In this document: positions 58,050 to 64,000 of the stretch, piece after piece | Position numbering within the stretch: position 1 is the stretch's first letter | How the letters are laid out: every line of letters starts with the position of its first letter | DNA from: a bacterium | GTDB lineage: Bacteria > Patescibacteriota > Patescibacteriia > JACQRZ01 | Length of the DNA stretch: 64,000 bases | Assembly (NCBI GenBank): GCA_030688365.1 | Contig: JAUYIE010000018.1 | Span: 33,973-97,972, forward strand | Direction: 5' to 3' | Position numbers and translations under genes: made by a program | Notes under the pieces: model-generated | What the model was told of the DNA's origin: nothing | What the model saw: only the letters and a program-made list of their open reading frames with translations | Database searches by the model: none

Positions 58050-61000
58050 TTAGTAGCTAAGCGTACCACCAAGGACAGGCATGTTTCTGGTATTTGTAAT
58101 AACACCATAGTTTACCTGGTCGTCCCAGTTGATATCAGCAACACCGGCGATATCAGCACGAAGTGTTTCGTCTGATGTCGCACCTGTGGTGTCACCTTTG
58201 ACGACAAACTTCATGGTCGTACCAGCAGCGATGCTTTGGCCAATAGTACCAGTGTATGCGATTGCCGCACTGTTCTGGTTGTTGGTTATAGCATTAGCTG
58301 CGGTAGCGCTCAAGTAGTTGAAGCCAATCGTCGCGTTGTTACTCAACTGACAAGCAGTGGTCGTAAGTTGAGTTGCGTTGGCGATTGCAGTAACCACACA
58401 GCCGGAATCACGGGTGACAGCAGTACCAGTAGAGTCATATCCCATGACATCTACCGTATCGCCGATAGCAAATCCACTAGTGCTTGCGACAGTGACAGTT
58501 GTGACAGTGTCAGCCAAGTCCGCGGTAAGCAAGCTTTGCGCACCGAAATACAGTTTACCAACACCTGGTTGAGCTGGTGCGTAGGTGACACCGACATCTA
58601 TACCAGCATAGCCGGAAATCGTACCGACAACAGTGATAGTAATGACAGTCGCTGATACCGCGGTCACAATACCGCGCAACGTGGTTGTTACAGACGTATC
58701 ATTGACTAACACGGTCGCACCGACGGGAATACCATCCCAGTCACCGGAAGTACCGGTAACAGCGAGAGATTGACCGTCTACCGCCGCGGAAACACTCACG
58801 AGATCCTGTACAGACGTTTCTGTAGCAAGAGGATTGATAGTGTCAGTACTCTTATAGAGATTAGCATTTCCTGTACCTGTCGTGTCAACAGAACCGGAAA
58901 TAGTAAGAGCAGCGTTGTTTAAGATCGCAGCATATCCACTGTTTGCAACCGCATCAAACTCTAAGATACTTGCACCAGCTCCAGCAACAGCTGTACCTGA
59001 AGGTGACGAAGATGCCTTATCAACAACAACAAGAGTTCTGTAGATCACCTGTGCAGTACCGGTTGCAGAAGTCACAGTTTCATCAATACCTTGACCTGAC
59101 TGTGCGCCACGAGTCGTGACGTTTGCGTTAGACGCGATATTGAGAGTATGTGAGCCACCGGAAACAGCTGAACCAAAGGATCCGACAGAACCCTTAAGGG
59201 TCAAAACTTTTGTCGTATTCTTTGGAATCACCCAGTTTGATGCCAATGTAAACGTTGCCGTTCCATCGGATTGCGCACTCAATGACGCAACAGTGCCAAG
59301 CAATGTTGAACCATCATACAACTTCAAGTTGGAGAGAGAACCTCCATAAGATGTTGTATCAGTGATTACGATTGATGAAACATTAGCATCTTCTGGTGAA
59401 CCAGCGGTAAAGTCAAAGATAGCTAATGTTTGATCGGTGTTACCCATGACGAGTTGACCTGCAACAGGAGTGGAAGCATTGGCAGTAATAGTCAATGTTC
59501 CAGTAGAAGCGATCACCAATGTCTGCAATGAGACAGCGGTCAATGCGGTTGTCGCGTCAGTACTTGTATTTGATCCAGTCGCTGTAGCGCTGACAAACTC
59601 AAGTCCGACTTCAGCAGTCGCATATCCATCAGCACCAGTCAAAATGTCTGCGTATGCATCAATCACATATTGTCCGCCTGCAGGGATATTCACTGTAGGT
59701 GAGAGACTAAATGTGAAGTCAGCATCAGCAGCACTTGACAAAGTACCTTGGACAGGAGCGAGTGCCACACCCTCATGCATCAGTACAAGATTCTGAAAGT
59801 TGCCCCCAAAATTTGAAGTCGCATCAGCGTCTTCATCTCCGAGTACAACCTGTGTGAGATTGACTGATTCACCTGAACCGGCAGTAAGAACAAGAGAACC
59901 GACCTTAATATTCGTCGCACCAACCACACCAGTAGGAGTAATTAATGACGAGTCAGCTACTGAAGTATTCTTTGCTCTACTCAATGCACCTGTCTGTGCG
60001 GTCAATGTGAGACCCGTTGCAGCTGAAGTAGCGACATTGGTCAAAGATGTCTGACCCGTCGCGTCTGTTGAACCCGCAACAAGACTGACAGTGATAGTAT
60101 CGTTCGCTGCGAGAGCTGTTCCTGTATTGGTGGTTGTATCAGCACGATACTCAAATACACCGGTAGTACCAGCAGGGATAACAACAGTGTTACCCAACGA
60201 ATATACTTCAGTTGTTACATCTGCGACAACAGTATCAGTAGTACCTACCTGTGAACCGTTGTAGTACAACTTACCATTATCTAGTTCGTCTGTAGCATCA
60301 AGATCAATCACTGAATTCACACTCACCCTGACATACGTAACCTTGATGTCCTCACCATTTGCTTTGTAATCAAAGCGGGCGAGTGCTTGGTCCGTCATAC
60401 CAGCAGCAATGTTGCCTGAAGGTGCGTCGGCTGAACGTGAAACAGTTAATGTACCGTTATTGATGTTGGTACCATCACCTGATGGATCTGGATCAGCAAC
60501 AGTAAAGGCCGCTCCTGCCAATGCTGGGGTTGTATCTACACCGTAGTTGGTGTCAGTTGATACAAAGTCAGCAGTTGAACGAATGGTGAACTTGAATGCA
60601 CGACCAGTACCTTTTGAAACAATACCCATCAAAACAAATACTTTGTTTTGTCCGGATGCGATTTCATAAGGAGTAGCAGACAAATCAAACGTAACTTTAT
60701 TGTCTGAACCAATCTGTGCCGTTGATCCTACCTGTGCTCCACCGACAGTCAACATCAAGTCTTGGATAGCATCAGTGGAGATCGTTCCCACCATTGTGAG
60801 GACAATCTTCTTGATTTGCATCTTCTGACTGTTTGCGACAGTAGTGAATCTCCACAATTCTTGTGAGTTTGCGCTTGGATCAATCGTTGCGGGGAAGGTA
60901 GTTGGAGCGGGGGTAATGTTGATATACCCAAGATCAGTGATAGCAGCGATGCTAAAACTGTTACCAGACATAGGATAACTTCCTGCGACGGTACCACCTG

Positions 61001-62135
61001 GCATCATGGTGATGTCAGAAGCAGCATTTACAGAAAAGTTAATTGTCTTGGTTCCTGAAAGAGCGGCAGCAATGTTTACACCCACCCAGATGGTCTTTGA
61101 ACCACCTGCAGGGATAGAGAACAAACCAGCTGCATTGTTGAAGGTAAAGACCTTACTGGAAGATCCTGACACTTCTGCAAGTTTGGTTGAACCCTCATAG
61201 AGGTAAAGATTGTTCACATCTGCGTCAACAGACACGCCACCTCGGGTTAATTTCAAGGTATTGATTGTCTGTGCCGCTGAAGTGCCGTTTGCAAAATTGA
61301 GCTTCAAAATAGGAGCAGCGTTTTGCATTACCAATGCGTCATCAGACAAAAGTGTGCCTGATGCCGGTGTGTCAGATGCTACGGATACAGTCAATGCGCC
61401 GGTAACGGGGACAGGAGTCGTTCCATTGCTCATAAATGTTGCAATGGAGCTTTCCATACCAGTGATACTGGTACCTACTGCCAACGTGTTGAAAACTGTG
61501 TCAGAGACAGTCTGAATGAATTCAGAGCGGAAGTTATTTGCGGTGAACGCATTGAAGTCCGCGATTTTTCGCTTTGTTGTACCATCAGCATAATAAATAT
61601 CTGATGATGATGCTGTCTTGATGAGACTTCCTGCAGACGGGGTTGAAGTAATAATACTGTCACCCGACGTGTAGTTGGTGAAGAATGCATCGTTGACGTC
61701 ATCAATCTGTTGATTCCAATTTGATCCATAAAGATCCATGGCGATTTGCTCGTTGGATACCCAACGAAGCTTGCCGCCTGGTTCTACTGCGTATACTTTT
61801 GGATCAGTGGTAATTTTCACGAGACGGGTACCTGCTCGATATACGACGTTACCGCCGATCGAGAGTGCTTGCAATTCCGCATCAGTGATTGTTTTCACTT
61901 GTGAGAAATCAGCAAACCAGGTCTTAAATGTTTTTTCATTAGGAAAAACATAACGCTTACCATCAGAACCATAGTAGTATACGGCTGCGCCTGAGGCCTT
62001 GATGAGGTCACCTGCTGCCAATGTTGTAGCCGCACTTACGGGTACAATGGAAGCAAACCCCATAGACCACAACACAGTGGTTGCCATTACAGCTGTGGTA
62101 AGAGCTTGTTTACCTGCTTTTAATACTTTTGACAT
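58050..62135 (-). CDS. large secreted S-layer-like protein
   Basis: Signal peptide ending VSA; three N-terminal repeats (LIK...VYY..DG.KR); tandem beta-sandwich modules (LYxGSTxL/VG); GAAAGGA RBS before ATG 62135; strong terminator. Confidence 0.8.
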   Translation of the reverse strand: MSKVLKAGKQALTTAVMATTVLWSMGFASIVPVSAATTLAAGDLIKASGAAVYYYGSDGKRYVFPNEKTFKTWFADFSQVKTITDAELQALSIGGNVVYRAGTRLVKITTDPKVYAVEPGGKLRWVSNEQIAMDLYGSNWNQQIDDVNDAFFTNYTSGDSIITSTPSAGSLIKTASSSDIYYADGTTKRKIADFNAFTANNFRSEFIQTVSDTVFNTLAVGTSITGMESSIATFMSNGTTPVPVTGALTVSVASDTPASGTLLSDDALVMQNAAPILKLNFANGTSAAQTINTLKLTRGGVSVDADVNNLYLYEGSTKLAEVSGSSSKVFTFNNAAGLFSIPAGGSKTIWVGVNIAAALSGTKTINFSVNAASDITMMPGGTVAGSYPMSGNSFSIAAITDLGYINITPAPTTFPATIDPSANSQELWRFTTVANSQKMQIKKIVLTMVGTISTDAIQDLMLTVGGAQVGSTAQIGSDNKVTFDLSATPYEIASGQNKVFVLMGIVSKGTGRAFKFTIRSTADFVSTDTNYGVDTTPALAGAAFTVADPDPSGDGTNINNGTLTVSRSADAPSGNIAAGMTDQALARFDYKANGEDIKVTYVRVSVNSVIDLDATDELDNGKLYYNGSQVGTTDTVVADVTTEVYSLGNTVVIPAGTTGVFEYRADTTTNTGTALAANDTITVSLVAGSTDATGQTSLTNVATSAATGLTLTAQTGALSRAKNTSVADSSLITPTGVVGATNIKVGSLVLTAGSGESVNLTQVVLGDEDADATSNFGGNFQNLVLMHEGVALAPVQGTLSSAADADFTFSLSPTVNIPAGGQYVIDAYADILTGADGYATAEVGLEFVSATATGSNTSTDATTALTAVSLQTLVIASTGTLTITANASTPVAGQLVMGNTDQTLAIFDFTAGSPEDANVSSIVITDTTSYGGSLSNLKLYDGSTLLGTVASLSAQSDGTATFTLASNWVIPKNTTKVLTLKGSVGSFGSAVSGGSHTLNIASNANVTTRGAQSGQGIDETVTSATGTAQVIYRTLVVVDKASSSPSGTAVAGAGASILEFDAVANSGYAAILNNAALTISGSVDTTGTGNANLYKSTDTINPLATETSVQDLVSVSAAVDGQSLAVTGTSGDWDGIPVGATVLVNDTSVTTTLRGIVTAVSATVITITVVGTISGYAGIDVGVTYAPAQPGVGKLYFGAQSLLTADLADTVTTVTVASTSGFAIGDTVDVMGYDSTGTAVTRDSGCVVTAIANATQLTTTACQLSNNATIGFNYLSATAANAITNNQNSAAIAYTGTIGQSIAAGTTMKFVVKGDTTGATSDETLRADIAGVADINWDDQVNYGVITNTRNMPVLGGTLSY

Positions 62136-62300
62136 AAAGTCTTTCCTTTCGTAGTTATTATTAGTGACCATCTCCAGCGAACCTTTGCGATTCCTTTGAG
62201 GAAAAGCGGTCTCGACCTTTACTGAAGCGGACTAGATACGGCTTTTAAAAAAGTTGCCCTTTTTAAGTTTCGTGCCTAGATTTTAAACAAAGGGGAGTTT

Positions 62301-63482
62301 TTATTTTGGCTCTTCTGTTGAATTATTATTATTTTGGTTATTTTCATCAAGAATTTCTGTTTTTTGTTCTGTTTGGTTGTCTGACGTATTTTCCTCATCT
62401 ACGTGCGTATCATCTGATGTTTCTGGTGGATCCGTATCTGTTGAATCGTCTATCCTCACCAGCGCATCCGCGCTATCTTCTGCATCTATCACGAGTTGGT
62501 AGGATTCATCCAATTTCATTAACGCCATTTTTAAATCATTTTTTTCAAGGGATTTTTTTGCTGTTTCTAGTTTGTCTGTTGCTTCTTTGGAGTCCTGGGT
62601 CGCTTTGGCGACTTGTTTTACATCAGCTGTTTTTGTATCTATAGCGATTTTTACCGTTTCATTGAGAATAGCGACTTTTTCTTCCGCTTTTTTAATACGC
62701 TGTTCTATGTTGCTTTTGACATCCGCGGAAGGGGAATCAATCTTAGCAGTCTTTTCTATGGCAACCGCAAGCGCTTTACTGGTAGTACTATTTGCCTGCG
62801 CAATCGCTTCTTTGACTTTAGGAGCGGTGTTTTTCTTTACTTCCACTGACAGAGTGCTCTTTGTCTTGGTCAACGCTTCTTCCGCGCGTACCGCCTTTTG
62901 ACTGATGGTATTTGCCACCGTAGCAACGCGTATCGGCTCTTGCGTACTCTTGATATCTTCAAGATGCTGACCGGCGCTACTAAGAGTAAACGTTACATCA
63001 CTTACCAAAGCATCTACTTTAGATGCTTTTTCTTCATCACTAATCGGTTGTTTTGATATGGCATCCAGTTCTACAAGTCGCTGTTCTACCAACTTCATTT
63101 GGAGTTCCGCCTTTTGATCAGCGGGAGCTAATGCTACTTGGATGTTTTCACTCGTCTTTTTTACACTATATAATGCGTCACCGGGCAAACTGTCCCTACT
63201 TCCCATCGCCGCCACTGATCCACCAAATAACAATGCGAGAAGTGCAAATGCGATAGCTGAAGGATGAGCAAGTACTGAACCGAAGGTATATCGGTACGCT
63301 CCGCTTGCAATAGTTTTCATATATACCTGTACACCAGCAACAACGCCAGGCCGTGACGTCCCCATGCCTTGAGACGCCATCTGTGACAACAAAAGTTCTT
63401 TACAAGAAGATTGCCATTGCGTACGTGGCGTAATCCGTTGTAGTGTTTGGAGTTGTTTTACGATTTTTCCGTTCATAGTCAT
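62301..63482 (-). CDS. DUF5667-containing single-TM protein (putative anti-sigma factor)
   Basis: TM then SLPGDALYSVKKTSE..., RLVEL; helical body and acidic tail; directly downstream of the ECF sigma gene. Confidence 0.8.
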   Translation of the reverse strand: MTMNGKIVKQLQTLQRITPRTQWQSSCKELLLSQMASQGMGTSRPGVVAGVQVYMKTIASGAYRYTFGSVLAHPSAIAFALLALLFGGSVAAMGSRDSLPGDALYSVKKTSENIQVALAPADQKAELQMKLVEQRLVELDAISKQPISDEEKASKVDALVSDVTFTLSSAGQHLEDIKSTQEPIRVATVANTISQKAVRAEEALTKTKSTLSVEVKKNTAPKVKEAIAQANSTTSKALAVAIEKTAKIDSPSADVKSNIEQRIKKAEEKVAILNETVKIAIDTKTADVKQVAKATQDSKEATDKLETAKKSLEKNDLKMALMKLDESYQLVIDAEDSADALVRIDDSTDTDPPETSDDTHVDEENTSDNQTEQKTEILDENNQNNNNSTEEPK

Positions 63483-63545
63483 TATAAAAAATACCCGCAC
63501 GTATCTATAGTCAACACCATATCGTTTGCTTGTGGGTATTTGTTT

Positions 63546-64000
63546 TTATTTTTGTTTGAGTTTTCCTTTGAGCGCTTTGATACCCCTATGGAGCATCACA
63601 CGTACGGCGCCAGGCGATCTATCTACTATTTTTGCTATTTCTTTGAGAGTGAGATCGTTGAGGTAAAAAAGCGTAATGATTTCGCGATACGTATCTTTGA
63701 GTTCGCGAAGCGCTTTCTCTACCACGACCATGTCTGTTTTTAATGTCATTTTTTCTTCAAGCGTGAGATCTACCCTATCGGCGACGACGATGTCATTATC
63801 TTCCAACGATTCGGCGACCACCGTACCTCTTTTTCGGTAAAAATCTACCACTACATTTCGTGCTATCTTATAGATTACTGCCTGCAGATTTCCGATCACT
63901 CGCGCGTCCTTGATGTACTGCCATGTTTTTAAAAATGTTTCAGCAGTAAGATCTTCCGCATCGTGCGCGGAGGGTACTTTGAGGTAAATGAAGCGATAGA
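63546..64000 (-). CDS. ECF-type sigma-70 factor (5' end outside window)
   Basis: Frame is open to the window edge: YRFIYLKV...DAEDLTAETFLKTW, IARNVVVDFYRK, region 4 LTLKEIAKIVDRSPGAVRVMLHRG. Confidence 0.93.
   Translation of the reverse strand, partial: YRFIYLKVPSAHDAEDLTAETFLKTWQYIKDARVIGNLQAVIYKIARNVVVDFYRKRGTVVAESLEDNDIVVADRVDLTLEEKMTLKTDMVVVEKALRELKDTYREIITLFYLNDLTLKEIAKIVDRSPGAVRVMLHRGIKALKGKLKQK

Noticed and set aside
62136-62300. c-di-GMP-I riboswitch, suggested by GGGCAAC and GCAAA words
   Set aside because: The spacing and the GNRA/receptor architecture do not fit the consensus; left as an unassigned structured leader.
1-64000. tRNA, rRNA, CRISPR, integrase, reverse transcriptase or defence-system genes
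   Set aside because: None recognised by eye in the intergenic regions or ORFs; a tRNAscan/cmscan/DefenseFinder run would be needed to exclude weak cases.

Overview
A 64-kb segment of a Patescibacteria (CPR) chromosome, probably Parcubacteria/ABY1-like (inferred from the missing rpmD/L30, split comEC, CPR-type NDK insertion and CPR-type surface proteins). It uses genetic code 11 (RF2 present, TGA used as stop) and almost all genes lie on the minus strand. In coordinate order it holds: truncated gatA, gatC, ligA, a PilX/PilW/PilV-like minor-pilin cassette, scpA, aspS, several orphan or accessory genes (including a divergent upp), recO, ruvX, map-adk-secY and the complete spc/S10/str clusters (rplO to rpsL, tuf, fusA), a site-2 protease, rpmB and a DEDDh exonuclease. 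A large cell-envelope region follows: a 2353-aa Ig/FN3 surface protein, ndk, split comEC with a D,D-carboxypeptidase between the halves, two SDR sugar enzymes, frameshifted prfB, htrA, an S8 protease, a TPR protein, a 375-aa surface protein, a Gly/Ala-repeat fibre-like protein, DUF192, an S-layer-like protein, a DUF5667 protein and an ECF sigma factor. No rRNA, tRNA, CRISPR array, transposase or integrase was recognised. The best novelty candidates are a highly conserved, internally triplicated C-terminal domain shared by two otherwise unrelated secreted proteins (possible envelope-anchoring system), an orphan Phd/YefM-like gene between fusA and tuf, structured non-coding elements (rpsJ-rplC spacer, a 22-bp inverted repeat after map, the S-layer leader), and a shared upstream motif on the few Shine-Dalgarno-led accessory genes.
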